This document shows, one piece after another, positions 11,679 through 23,809 of a stretch of 64,000 bases of DNA. The position numbers and the translations under genes are program-made. Positions within the stretch are counted from its first letter, which is position 1. Every line of letters starts with the position of its first letter. The DNA is from Raillietiella orientalis (Eukaryota), in the NCBI GenBank assembly GCA_036172245.1, contig JAYWIR010000041.1:1674001-1738000 (forward strand), given 5' to 3'. Under the pieces are notes generated by a model. It was not told where the DNA came from. It searched no databases and was given only the letters and a program-made list of their open reading frames with translations.

Positions 11679-12329
11679 TCTAAAGGAAACACTTGTGTTG
11701 TTTTCGTGCCAACATTGCCGTGATGTTCGATGGGATCAGGTCATCAACGAGTCCGACACTCGTCTGAAATATCGCAACACCGAGTGAGTGTTCGCGTGGG
11801 GCAGACTTAGCTTCGTTCGCTTCCTGGGTCGCTCTGAAAGGCTTCAGAGTGGAGTTTGCACCTTGACTCCTCCGCAAACTCATCACTGAAGGATTTTGTA
11901 AGAAAGCGCAATTCATAAAACTGGGCTCTGCCCTGGTGCTCTCTTCCTCCGATCCAAAACTCAGTCTCAAGAGAAAGTTTGTCTTGGAGAAACTTAGCCT
12001 GCTTCCAAGAAAACAGAATCCCTACTTGAAAAATCCTTGAACACTGAAATATGTCGATAGACATGTTAGAAACACCTCTGCAATGCAACCACAAGGTTGT
12101 TGATTCATGCTTTCCTTATTGATTACGGCGAATGTTTCCATGATTCACGTCAGTGAACGTGGGAGGAGTTCCCTGATAATCATGAGATGGAGTACGATGG
12201 AGTGTCATTGTATGAAGGGATGTTGGGAGGTACGACCCGTGCAGATGGAAAAGAATCCACTCTCTCCACCTTCGGATCATCTGGACATGATCTTTAGGAA
12301 GGATGGGGAAAAGGAGTCCCGGTGACCCG

Positions 12330-12960
12330 ACAGTGCATGCAAAATGCATTTGGCGAGTGTTGGATGTTGTTCTCAAGTGCTCCACTCAGCATCCAGGGGA
12401 TCTTCAACCTCTTCAGAGCTTCCTGGTTTTTTTTGATCCTCTGAGTGCTCGCACTGGCTTAGACACTCCTCTGGTGAAGAATCCACTCACTTTCTTTCCC
12501 ATTTTTGGCCCGCGTTCTCCTGCGTTGTCAAGGAGTTCTCAAAGGGAGGGATACGCTAACCATGATGAGCTCTCGGGTATCAAAGTCAGATCACAATCTT
12601 CAATCGACGTGCGACGTTGGCTGAAGGTCACCAGCTCCCAGTGTTTTCAAGGGCCTCTTTGAATTCCGTCCACTGAGTCATCATGCCTTCGGGTCACAGG
12701 ACGGGAGTTGTTCTTTCAGTGGTTAAGGATGTGCAGGAGCGACTCTTCTCAGATCTGCACATGAGATCTGCGTCCTTCCTGGCAGCTACATGAGGACTCT
12801 GATCGATGCTGTTTGCTGCTGAGGAAGTGTCAAGCACATGGTGTTGCTAAACGTAGGTCATGACCTTCCCTCGATACGAGTATTTCTTTAGAAAACGATG
12901 CCATGCTTCTCCGCTCTGGATTGCTCAAGCCGCAGGTGAACTTGGCTCATTTCTCCGATC
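12330..12960 (-). mobile_element. NeSL/Utopia-like non-LTR retrotransposon, C-terminal CCHC + RLE remnant
   Basis: The minus strand reads RGKVM...EESLLHILNH*KNNSRPVTRRHDDSVDGI...IMVSVSLP/FEN...EALKRLKIP..IQHS. These correspond to the ETL.H.LNHC/RH and D...PFEN motifs of R2-superfamily restriction-like endonucleases. Confidence 0.75.
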
Positions 12961-13189
12961 GCAGTGACAGACATGGGGGGCTGCGCATATCAGGAATCCA
13001 TGCAAGAAAAGTCTCCACACGAGAAAAACGCAACTCTTTTTGCCCTTTTGTCACTCCGTTTGCTTAAGTGATTGTTCTTTCAGATGACTTGAAGATGGGA
13101 CTTGAGCAAAGCGACCTCTAGAGGGCCTCCTCCTGCTACAGACCCTGTGGGGGCGCTTGCTAGCAGTAATCGCCTCTCAAGGGAACTTG

Positions 13190-14330
13190 TACCGAAGCAC
13201 TGGTATTCTTCCACTATGGAGGAATGAGCTTCTTTTATAATTTTACTGTGACAGTTCATTTCTAAATGGGTCTTTTCTTTTCTTTTTATATTAAACTCTC
13301 CTGCACGACAGGGCCAGGATTCCCACTTCGGGTAGATTTTGGGGGGGCAAGCAGTTTTATTTCGATCCCCGTCCAGTCTAATGCCTTTTTTTCGTTTTCT
13401 CATTTGCAAACCTCGGCCGCAACTGGTTCTGGTATAGGAGACATTTGAACAGAGTCCAGAATGACTCGAAATCTTTAAGGAGTACATTTCGTGGTGTTAC
13501 TTTTGATCCTGCTGGTTGTTCCATCGTGAGCTGCTATCAGCAAGCGGTTTCATCGATGACTGCAGAGGCTTTGAAAGGACCAACTTGAAAAAAGACCGGA
13601 AATCTCCCAGAAAGTCTGGTCTGTATAGTTATTTAGCTTCTTTCATAATCTTTCATGGAGCCAGCAGTTGTGAACAACAGTTAATCTCTTTTCCTGAGCC
13701 CAAGAAGGAACAGCTTCTGAATGATGAAACAGAAAACGAGAGTCGGTAGTTGGTCTCACAAGATAGGTCGCCTGTTGACCCATTGGCCATTTTCTGAGCT
13801 AAATAGCTTGGATCCTGAATTCCTGTGAACCCTAAACACAGGATAATTTTCAATCAAATTTTCTTTCGTTAAACCGGCATTCCTTCCGTCATCCAGCTTC
13901 CAACCTTTCGGTATTTCGAATCCACTTGCGGACTTTGTAGTATGCATCATACCAGTTGTCAACATACCGTCTATTTCAGGGACTCTCTCAGTCTCTATTT
14001 AAGGATAACTTGATCTGGAGACCAAACTTCCTCCACGAACAGTAGTTGTAGGAAGCAACGCAAACTATATACATACTCACACCTCTCACTCCAACATTCC
14101 TATACAGCAAACCAGGCTTGCTTTCATACCACTCCATTCCCTTCTCAAATTCATCCGAGTCATAAGATGTCGTATCATCAATTATCTCGTCTTGCACGGG
14201 CGTGAAAGATTGGTTCCAAAACACAGGCTAAATTTATCCAATTACAAGTTTTCAGCGTAGCTAGAGAGGAGTGGTCTGAAGGGGATGGCACATGTGTACC
14301 AGTGTGTGAACTTGCTCCGTATAGCGTGCT
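13190..14330 (-). other. Probable endogenous viral element or env relic: class II (bunyavirus/phlebovirus Gc-like) glycoprotein
   Basis: Cys-rich broken frames: KTCNWINLACVFG; WYESKPG..GVSMYIVCVASYNYCSWRKF; ANGSTGDLSCETNY..SFRSCSFLGSGKEINC (compare phlebovirus G.LG[DE]I.C...SC); HLEMNCHSKIIKE..C. Motif order fits Gc. No database confirmation. Confidence 0.45.
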
Positions 14331-14526
14331 GGGCCTTTGACTCATACGTTTTCTGGGACGGAATCAGATTTTGATTGAAAGTATTATGATCTGACGCTGA
14401 AGAGCATCACGTGTATTAGAAAGAGCGTGCAAGGTGAGGTAATGAGAGTCGATAGTGTGTCTCACAAGATTGGGTGTTTTGATTCTCGAGCGTTTTCCCA
14501 TTTGCATCCATGCCTGCCCCCCCCCT

Positions 14527-14551
14527 CACACACACACACTCACACACACAC
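14527..14551. repeat. Imperfect (CA)n microsatellite
   Basis: cacacacacacactcacacacacaca, preceded by a C run. Confidence 0.9.
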
Positions 14552-14579
14552 AAAAAGAATACCCATGGAGCATGAAAAC

Positions 14580-14970
14580 CAATGGACTATGGCCAGTGAT
14601 CTGGAAATTCAGCCTGAATCCTCTCGATCATCGAAACGGTTCGCTTCCTTCGCGAGGACCCCAGGCTGCTCAAGTGAAAGTTTCTCCAAGGACAGTCAGA
14701 GGAGATGGACCTAAAACTCTGGGATTGTGGGAACCCATTCAATTGCTCGACTACCTGCCATCCCTGTTAAAGAAGCAAAGTGATGGAGAGCTATGAAGAA
14801 TATAATGCAATCATCGTGAGTAAGTGGTGTGAATCACTAAGAAATGATGAGATTACACTCTTTGGCGAATTACTGAATCTTGGTGGGTTCCCTTACAATG
14901 GTAGACCTCTGGTAGACCTTCCTTTGAAAGAACAGTGTGTCGTTTCCAAGATGTGATCTTTCTGTTTCAC
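14580..14970 (+). mobile_element. Possible Tc1-like transposase remnant
   Basis: AAQVKVSPRTVR..TLGL resembles the second HTH motif (VS.RTV.R.L...G). Downstream FQDVIF resembles W..VIFSDE. Confidence 0.3.
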
Positions 14971-15094
14971 TCTGTTTTCTTTTGTTCCTTTCCTATTTGC
15001 CTGTCTTAGGGGAAACCTTCGAGAGTTTACGAGTGCCCATACTTAACTAACAAAGTTCCAACTCTTTGACAGGTTTTTTAAATCAATTCTGCTA

Positions 15095-15930
15095 TTCCTG
15101 CGGGGGTGAAAGTTCTTGCCCTTGTTGTTGCCCCGCTAAGACGTTTCAAATACCAGATACAATTGGTGATACGCCAATTTAGGCATGCTGCGGCTGATCT
15201 TGAGAATTCTTCACTCCGCAGCACAAGTGCCACTGTCGAGAGGGACGTCTCGTCCCGATTTCTCGTTCGGACAGAGAGAACTCCGAACGTCTGGGACAGT
15301 TTTGCTCCTGTGAGCCATTTGAGTGCCTATTCTATGGATGTGATCTTCATCTGCTGCAAGACTCCATTTCAAGTGCATCGTTCAATTTCCTTCCCGTTGC
15401 ATAATAAACCCTGAGGAGGAATGGGGCAGAGGGATTTTCCAAGCAAGGAGACCTGCCACCTGAAGTCCAGCATTCAGAATTAACCCTTCCTCCAATGCTG
15501 CGTTCCGATGAGCCGCTCGTAAACACGGGTCTCCATGGTCAAGACCTCTATGCGAAACACATGAGAGTATGACACCTGTTTTCTTCGACTCGTTTCACTT
15601 CATCAGCCACGCCGTCGGTGGATGCTTAGGAACAACACAACGCGCCTCCGAGACTGAGAAAGAATCAGCTTGACTGGGTTCCTCTATTTCTAAGCTCCAT
15701 GGATGCGGTGATGTGATGCCCTGCCTGCATCCAGTTGTGCCCTTATGCCGACAGCTGCTTTGCTACTCCAAGTTGACTTGGAAAATGTATCTTTGCTCGC
15801 GCTTCTTTCCTCTGTTGAATGGCATTTTTTCTCTTAATCCATCCAGCGTAGCCCATTCCAACAGTTCACGAAGTGATCTTATGAAATCAGACCTACTGGT
15901 GCTCTGCCTTCAACGTCCGAGAAACTAAAA
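15095..15930 (-). mobile_element. LINE RT-end plus RNase H remnant (I/R1-like)
   Basis: LRELLEWATLDGL (RT end), then WRPVFTSGS (cf. FTDGS), SIE*ALKWL and CIW...GNNK in RNase H motif order. Confidence 0.4.
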
Positions 15931-16014
15931 AATTCTCCTCCTCTCTTGTCAGACAGTTCGCGTGGATCCTTAACTTAGGTTGCTGTGTCTTATTGCCGGA
16001 GCATTGGAGTTGGG

Positions 16015-16915
16015 ATGGCATCACAGACAGTCATTCCTCAATCAGTTCCAAATCTGATAATGGATGGTCGTCTTTGTCTTCTAATGCTTATGGATTTTTT
16101 CCTTTTTTTTCCCTTTTTCTGACACAACATGTGCGTTTGCCTCATCCTTTTCAAAGTTCATTAACATTGAAATTTTTCACAAGGATGGACGCATTTCCCA
16201 GATTGGAGGGTTGTTGGTTTCGGATCTCGAACCCTGCTCCAGAAGCATCAAGGATTTTTTTCCGCTGAGTCATGACACAGAACCATATAAAGCTCATCAT
16301 CAATACTTCTTAATGCATGAGCGGTGTCAGATATTCTTTGTTTATTGCTCCAGTGAGCTTCGTTTCGCTCATGTATTTTTTGACCTCGAAGCAAGAAGTT
16401 GAGAACTTCTTTGGTAGAAGGGGATGGCGAAGATCTAGCTCCATCCAAGCAGGAAGATTTCGAGACAGATCGAGAATCAGAGTTCTGCAAACCTTTGGGG
16501 TTGTCGAGGAAAACAGAACGCAGAATGGTCCCGTTCTTTGTGCAGGCTGATCACTCTTCCCATTCTAAAGCTCTGAAACCTTCTCTGTCGAAAATGTTTG
16601 GGGAGATCCATAGTCTGGGACAGGTGTCCCGACGCCGGGCGTGGCAACACCAGCAGCGCTTTTGTGTTTTTGAAAACGGCATGGGAGATACTCGATTTAC
16701 CATGAGCGTGCCAGCGAGTGCATCCATTTTATTTTCATTTTTTTTCACTTTGATGGTTCATCTTCACTTATCCCATCGCAGCGATGAATCCACCTACTTT
16801 ACGGATGCCTCCCTCGCAAATCTGCGGGCATCCTCTTCAAGCTGCTCCACCGCGCAGCTCTGCTCATGCATGCTGAAAGAAAAATCCCGAAGAGATTCGA
16901 AGAAATCCGAGGGGT
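16015..16915 (-). mobile_element. piggyBac-like transposase remnant (N-terminal half)
   Basis: Ordered motifs PSDFFE, EDARRFA, KMDALAGTLMVNRVSPMP..KRCW, NIFDREGFRAL, SVFLDN, LRSIDDE, RFG..TVCDA. These match piggyBac P.DFF / TN.YA / E..AF.G....P....W / M.R.RF / HF.DN / SIDE / YG.K...CD. Confidence 0.7.
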
Positions 16916-17419
16916 GTGTGAAAATAATGGACTGCCTAACGAGCGGGCCACCGTATCTGAATAAACATCCCATTTAATTCAACCGACTGTCGTTACCAAT
17001 ACAATCATGAAATACAACATGCTAATTATTTTTTGATCCATTTGAATGTATTTGTATTGCACCCCATATGATATTCATGAACATCATCTCAGGAGGTGGA
17101 ATTCAGATATATCTTGATTCATGAACACCACAAATAGACAGAATTATCATTACCGCATGCATGATTTGGATAGTGTGAAGTATGTAGAAAGATATTTTAG
17201 TTAGTGTGCAGCCTAAGCTTGTACAAGATATTTTACGAGTATCAAAAGCTAAGTGGAAGGTGAATAATTATTACGAATCAGATCTTTCGATATTCCTCGA
17301 ACTGTTGCGGAAGAGATGAGGGGTAGAGAAAAGGAACAGACTTTGTCGTTGCCCTGGGTCAATTCACCAGAAACGGTCTCCGAATCTTAGGGGCAACGGG
17401 CTAAGGCACATTTCGCATT

Positions 17420-18210
17420 GCAGAGTTGGTCGGAATGCGAAAGACTAGCGTCAGAACTTGCAAATCCAGTCAGCTTGGAAGTTCATATGCGGACACACAT
17501 GAACTTGGGTTCAAATTTAGGTACGATGATTCAGAGCCTTGAAGACTTGCTCACGGAACGCATCACGTGGATTCCAACACGTTTTCTACCGCTCCAACAG
17601 ATCCACTGTTTTGCGCTGGGAAGAGAAGCTCTCCCCGAATAGCGGTAGGCATGATGCCGTTCTCATAATATACTCTTTCAACTCCACCAAGGGATTCAGA
17701 GGCTCCAAAGTAGGAAGAGCCCCTATGATGGAAGCGCGTTTGCTCGTCCACATGCTAAATAGGTGCAAGAAACACGTTCCTCTGACACGAGGCACGCCAC
17801 GACGCGATTTAAGAAGTAATCAGGAAGGCCACAGTGGATGAAGCAAAGTAAAGTCTTATGTCAAGAAACCAGAGAGTGCCAGGAACAACTTTCATTCTAA
17901 AACCGGATCTGGTCATGCAAAAAGGAAACTGGATATGTGTGCTAGACTTCTGCTGCTCGTACGAAAATGGAAAGGAGGCGTTCAGCACGGCCAGGAAGAA
18001 CAAGGAAGGAAAACAGATGGACGAGAGAGAGGGGGGAAGCAAAGCAACGTACACGCGGTCATCGTTGGCTCTCTGGGAGCATGAGATCCTGGTAGTGAAG
18101 AAGTATTACAACATATAGGAATACCAAAAAAGAAACTGGTGTAACTGAGGCACCGAATGGCGACTGCATGTATCCAGTATTCAAGTGATGTACATGCAGC
18201 CCACATCAAA
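17420..18210 (+). mobile_element. NeSL/Utopia-like retrotransposon remnant (N-terminal zinc finger plus RLE domain, internally deleted)
   Basis: ECERL..PVSLEVHMRTH (C2H2-like); GRHDAVL; NQRVPGT..LKPDLVMQKGNWICVLDFCCSYENGKEAFSTARKNKEGK; VGSLGA*DPGSEEVLQHIGIP...IQYSSDVHAAH. Confidence 0.88.
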
Positions 18211-18449
18211 AGTAAACCCGACAGCCAGCCGGAGAATCCTCACAATCTTCTTTCACCACACGAAAGTGGGGGAAGCATCACGAAGAGGGGTGAAGAGCAT
18301 CCCAAGTAAACAGAGGTTCAACTGCGAAAGAATGTCCAGAGCCCCCCTGCGATCTAAATGCACACATAGGCAATAAAAAGTTTGCTCATTCAGAAAGAAA
18401 TTCTTCACTTCCTCCAGCTTTCCAAGGGGTAGAAAGTGATCCGCGAATA

Positions 18450-18900
18450 AAGACGCCGCTTGCTGTGCCAGCGGAAACCACCGATCGTTCCGACGCTTGG
18501 CACAGATCCACCAGCATCAAACGCCGGACCACGAATGGAGAGGCAATCTCCCCTGCCCGTGAGGGTTTCGCACTGAGGCTGTAGCTGCTGAGAGAAGCGC
18601 CATTAGCATGCGCGGATTTCACTCACATATCACTTCGAAAAGAGCCTGGTCGCCGTGGCAACCTCCCACTGCAGGCAGTTTTGACAGGCACGAAACACAG
18701 AGGAATCCGAACTTCTCCCAGGTTGCCACTAATCCAGCAGCCCTTATTCATAAAAGAGAGTAACATATCATTCGAAGATTCTGCATGCTCCGTTCGTGGC
18801 TTTTTGTATAGGTCTCGCTGGTGTGTGGTTCGAAACGATAGTCTTCCAAAAAGCATCCTTCGTTCCCTTTAACAGTGCTAACCATTTTCCAATAAATAAG
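18450..18900 (+). mobile_element. pogo/Tigger-like (DDE_1) transposase remnant
   Basis: ACCASG, AISMRGFHSHIT (cf. L.MDG..SHIT), QQPL..SNISF, VFQKASFVPFN (cf. GF.K.GI.PFN). Nucleotide similarity to 21410-21470. Confidence 0.6.
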
Positions 18901-19799
18901 TACCACAGCAAAAGCTTCCCCATGCACCTGACTTCCCACAATACCGCAGAGATAAAGGTGCACGCTTCATCCGTCACGAACATTTCTTCTGTTCGACAAA
19001 ACTGTCAAAGGACTGCAAATAAAGGGCGAAAATTTCCATTCCGGTTGAACGTCTCCCCTTTTCTGACACATGACTGAACGTTTCAATCCAAAGGATGATG
19101 GAAAGAAGCAGCGAGATGACAATTTAAAAATTCCAAATCACTCTATACACCCATTACCCATCTATTTATTTATACATACGTACACGTATTTATGTGGGTA
19201 TAAATGGACGGATAGGCTGCAAAGTATCTCAGATGCTATAAGGCCTTCATTAGCAAAATGAAAAAGCTCCCTAGATTTGGAGAATTCATCTCCGTGTTTG
19301 CCTTTCATACACCCATCCCGACGTGTCCTGATGAGGACAAACGGGTCACTTTCGCCTAGCTGAGGGCTGCACAGATTTCCAGACACGGCTCCTCTGTATG
19401 CTTTGACGTTATCACTGTGATGCTTAGATTAATTGAGTGCCTGCATTGCCCGAATAATCTGCTTTGAGGAATCTAGCTGGGAATCTAGCTGAAAATCTTC
19501 TCGGGAGAGAAGCCTCTCTGTGCGGAGAGCAAGTCCGAGGAGCATGGAGGATTTCCCAGCCATCAGAAGATTGATATTTTAGACAGAAACTTGCTTTTTC
19601 ACTTCTTCTTCGCTTCTTAAGGGGGATTCTGGAAATTTACGCAGCACAGATCTTCCGAAAAGAATCATCCATCGAGACCGTTGAGTGCATTATAAGGATG
19701 TGCTACTTACTGAGGAAATGGAAAACTTGCGCAATAGCGCGAAAGGGAAAAGTCGGAAGCTGAAACCTTGGAAACTGTTCGGTGCATATCTTCCACGAT

Positions 19800-19960
19800 A
19801 GGCGCAAAGGCAGAAACTGCTTGGGGTGTGGCTCTACTCCCTTTGGAAGCGTAGGAAGCACACTCCCAAGTGAAGTGACGGAATGAATAGCGCTAGCAAC
19901 TCGACAGCAACCCAAAACGCGAACTGCTAATCCGCTTCTTTGTACGGACCTGCCCGCAGA
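19800..19960 (+). mobile_element. LINE RT thumb fragment
   Basis: KLLGVWLYSLWKRRKH resembles K.LGV.LD..L.W..H. Confidence 0.35.
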
Positions 19961-21179
19961 TTGGATCGACCCGATGAAAAAGCTGTCGCGTTGCTACTGT
20001 TTGCTGTAGGGATGCTGGTGTGCAAGGGAGACGACCTGCCAATGTTGTCGTCAGCGAATACTAACTAGCTTAACTCTAATACAGCGAACACTTTCAATAC
20101 CACTGAGAAACCCACACACTTTGCCCGATTCCCTTTATCCCGTGATTAAGCCGGACAACATGCCCTAGATTTTGCGGACACGCGTGGTGGGCGGCATTGT
20201 TCTCGGGTCCCGCTGGTGACATTTAACTTGTAAACCAAAGCAAAGTTTCAGCTTCGGTCACCGTGCAGGTTTCGTGGTGATCGTTTCTAGGGAACTCAGC
20301 TTGTTTCGGGAAATTCAGCGTTTTCGCGAACTATTCCCTGGACTCTCCAAAGCAGCCGTAGTAGGGTCCAAGTGAGGAAGGTAGCAGTCCCCTAAAAAAA
20401 AAATCCCACCGCAGAACGGCACTTTTCTAGGGAAACGGTGCATGTGCTCCTGAGAAGAATGTCGATGCATTCTGAGTTGATGTGCCGCATCGGTGCAGGC
20501 AGCAGATGATGTGCGCTGCAATCATGGGAATTGCTCACGGGCAACGATGTGAATTCTGAGTGACCATCCTGGAGTCACGAAAGAGGTCAAGGAGGACGGG
20601 CCCATTTCCATGTTTCGAACAAAGATGAAGCCATTGCAACCGGATTAGCCAGGCAGACAGAGAACTGTAGTGTTCATCATCAAGAGGCACTATGACCGAA
20701 CTTTAGAAGCGGTGCAGTGAGCAGTGGGAAACGGTGGCTTCCGACTAGCGGGTCCCAAAGGACGATGCCAAACTCCGGCCGGATCTGTTTTCAGAAAGGG
20801 ATCCAAGTCTTCCTGCTCGGTGTTCCCTGACGATGCGGCAAGTCGGCGAAGGTTCTGGAAGAAGTACGACAAATCGACGACGGAGCAAGAATCCGGAGTC
20901 GACCCGGAGAAAAGAAGAGAATGACAAGGATCAGAGGATGAAGCGGAGGATGGTGCGCAGCATAGCTGAGATGTGCATCCGACTCGCTTTCTGGAACAAC
21001 CGGCCAAGGCAAGTACTGCTTGCGGCATCACCGTTCTTCTATGTCATCTCGACAGACCATAGGGATGGTGAGAGAATCTCCGTGAATGGTATGCAACTGA
21101 ACTCCTGCGTTTACCATTCAAGAGGAGCAAGCGTCTGCCATGTTCGCCTGCTCGTGGACCGCAATCCGGCTTTTCCAAA

Positions 21180-21560
21180 GGAGTTATTGGAAATGAAGAC
21201 TCGGGTCTTCGAACGCAGTAGACCAACATGGTCCATAGGACGTGATGGATACGTGTCGGCCTACGAGTTGTGCGTTGAGCTCCTAGCATGTGTACAGGAT
21301 CTGATGCATGGCGCAGATCCCAGCACGAACACCGAATCCCGAATAGCGGAACAGTCCTCCTTGCCCAGTGACAGTTTCCCACCGAATTTGTGGCTGCTTG
21401 GAGGACCGCCATCATCATGAGCGGATTTCGCTCACATATCACTCCGAAACGAGCCCGATCGCCATAGCAAGAGCTTCCAGGGTGCTCTTGCTTCATGTGC
21501 TTACCTCGGTGAGAGCGGATGCACGAAGAATTGGTTGACCGAGACACGGAAGACTGCACA
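21180..21560 (+). mobile_element. pogo/Tigger-like (DDE_1) transposase remnant, second copy
   Basis: IGNEDSGL (cf. N.DETGL), VELLACV, AIIMSGFRSHIT, ESGCTK. The stretch gcggatttcgctcacatatcactccgaaacgagcc is similar to gcggatttcactcacatatcacttcgaaaagagcc at ~18611. Confidence 0.55.
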
Positions 21561-23129
21561 ACTTCTCTGCGATGCTGAGCGTGGGATTCCAAACATCTCC
21601 GGCAGCTCAAGAGGTATTGTCACTCCTACGAAACCCGCAAAATAAAAAGGCTGAAAGGAAGGAAGAAGAGAAAAACAGCTGACTTGTAACTGATCTTCAA
21701 AAAAGAAAAAAAAATAAAAGTGCAAAAACATGGTATGGACGACTCCGTGATTCCGCACTTGTACCAGAAGGCATGTACACCCTGACAGTGAGCATAGTAT
21801 ATCGAATCCTGGAACTCTCCAGGGAAGATGGGAACTCAATGGAGGAGGGAGTGTTGCACAGCATGTCTTTCGAAAATTAATCGTTTTTTTTTTTTTTGAA
21901 GAAAAAAGGGGAGGTAAGGGAAGTCGTAAGAGATGATGAAGCTGCTAGGCACTGAGAGAGGTGTACAGACGTACAATAAACGTGAAGAGCAACATGGAAA
22001 CAAGAGAGAACAAAATATTAGGTTGTGAAATAGTTAATCTGACAGAGGATTAAAGTTGATACTCTCTCGTAGAACGCACTGTCATTATAGAATGTAGACA
22101 TAGAGAAATTTGCTGAGTCAGTTTTGGCGCACTAGTCAAAGTGAAATTTTCATTTGTTTCGTACTAAAGTAAACAACAGTTCGTGTTGTCCTGGAACTAC
22201 CCCAGAGATCAAAGTCGCTCTGGAGCGTATTGTGAGGACTCATCTCAAACCAGCTGGCAGGAGCAGCTCGCCGCTATTCTTCTTTAAAATATTTTAAATG
22301 CCATTTGAAATTAGCAAAAATCTCTATTTGTAAGCACGAATTACGAACGGATTCCTAGAGTAATTAGTTCTTGTTTCTCGACAGACCACAAATGGACTTC
22401 TTTCTTTCAGAAAGCAACCGATTACTCTTTGGCATTTCTGTTTTCAGAATAGGATAGCGCGCAAAAGAATAGCAGCATCGGAGACGAACATATGTTTGAT
22501 TGCCACTGGAGGAGGCCTTGTGAGTAAATTTTGGCTTCACCGAAAACTAGAGGGATTAATGGACCAATGGGACGGCCAGATGTCAGTAACCACTGTTTAA
22601 CTAGCTGTGCTCATTCTGGAGCAGATGTACCGAGGGGTTTTAAATGCATTATCGTTCTTGGGTTACACCTGCTAAGAGAATGCAGTGCCAGATTTTCATA
22701 AAGACCGTATGGTCTGGTACCTGCTTCAATGCTTTGCGGCTGGGGAGAGCTCAATACGAATTCAATTGGAGTTGGTCTGAAAATCCCCGATGACTAAATC
22801 GTTTTATTAAAGAGAATTCTATGAACCATTAAGCGGTCTCTATGCGCATGTCCCATTTCTCTTCCCAATCAGCAAATGCACTCGGAGAATGGAGACCCAA
22901 TTAATCAGGTACTCTTAATAAAGTTTGATGGAAGGAAGGATTCGAGCTCCGATCATAGGATTCCTCTTAAAAAAGTTTCAGGCATCGAATTTCCGCTAAA
23001 AAATTTTGCCTCCCAGCAAAATCACGTCCTCTGTGCGCTCTCTCAGCGCCTTTTCCAAGATCGCCTCCAAACCGACCAAACTGAAGCTTCGCTGATACTG
23101 CTGAAGTACTTAAGGAGGTTTCCTGCATC

Positions 23130-23560
23130 GTTCTGGAGGTCATCTTTGAGGGTTTTTTTCGTAGTACTCGCAGTTACATCATGAGCGTTGAAGAAAAACA
23201 CACTCCCTTCCTGGCAAATTCAAAGGCTCTGGGGTGTTTTGGCACTTCGAATCTCCAGCTGGAGGCATCGATTTCGTGCAGGAGAGATGGATCCGGATGA
23301 AACCGCTCACTTTCCTCTTCATGCCTCAGAATCTTGCAAGCTGCGCTGCAGAATTCCGATAGCAGCTTCTTTGAACTTTGTCTCGTGGCTCCCATATCAG
23401 TGAAGAGTCGGCTTCTTGAACCCGCTTCCAAAATACTGGCACCTCAATCTTTCGTTTCCATTGCCTTCAGGGATGAGTTTCCATATGAATCTCACCCCTG
23501 AAGGGATCTGCCGCAAAAGAAATGGACCCTCGGTAGCATTTCTTCTGATCGAGGAGGAAT
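23130..23560 (-). pseudogene. TRAF-type MATH domain gene fragment
   Basis: GPFLL..PSGVRFIWKLIPEGNGNE (cf. SPPFYT..GYK.CL..YPNG.G), ERFHPDPS (cf. F.PDP), GVFFF...TLKDD (cf. G...F....Y..DD), in TRAF-C order. Confidence 0.45.
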
Positions 23561-23809
23561 TGATCCTTCCGCTTTCTATGTTTGATTCTGACGCGCGAAG
23601 GAGCAAGAATGTTCGCCATGTCAGTTCGGAAGTGGCTCCTGACGACGTTGGATGATGCTGTCCAGCATCCAATACATCCCTGACATTTCCTGGATACCCT
23701 CCGGGAATGCGACTATGTGAGTCGCCGGACGACCGCCGACGTTTAGACTCGCACAACACCTAAGCCCAGAATGCCTACAGAAACTCAACAGCGAAAACCT
23801 CCGTTTTAA

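Noticed and set aside
12130..12300. YEGMLGG as a mononegavirus L-protein motif
   Set aside because: It is a single short motif without the following conserved residues.
15575..15625. Hammerhead-like core on the minus strand (ctgatga-agt-gaaacgagtc)
   Set aside because: Only 3 nt lie where stem II should be, and no stem I pairing is possible. It also sits inside a LINE remnant.
22876..23184. BTB-domain-like peptide (SDH..VSGIEFP..HVLCALS)
   Set aside because: The resemblance is weak, and it partly overlaps a better-supported opposite-strand TRAF-like reading.
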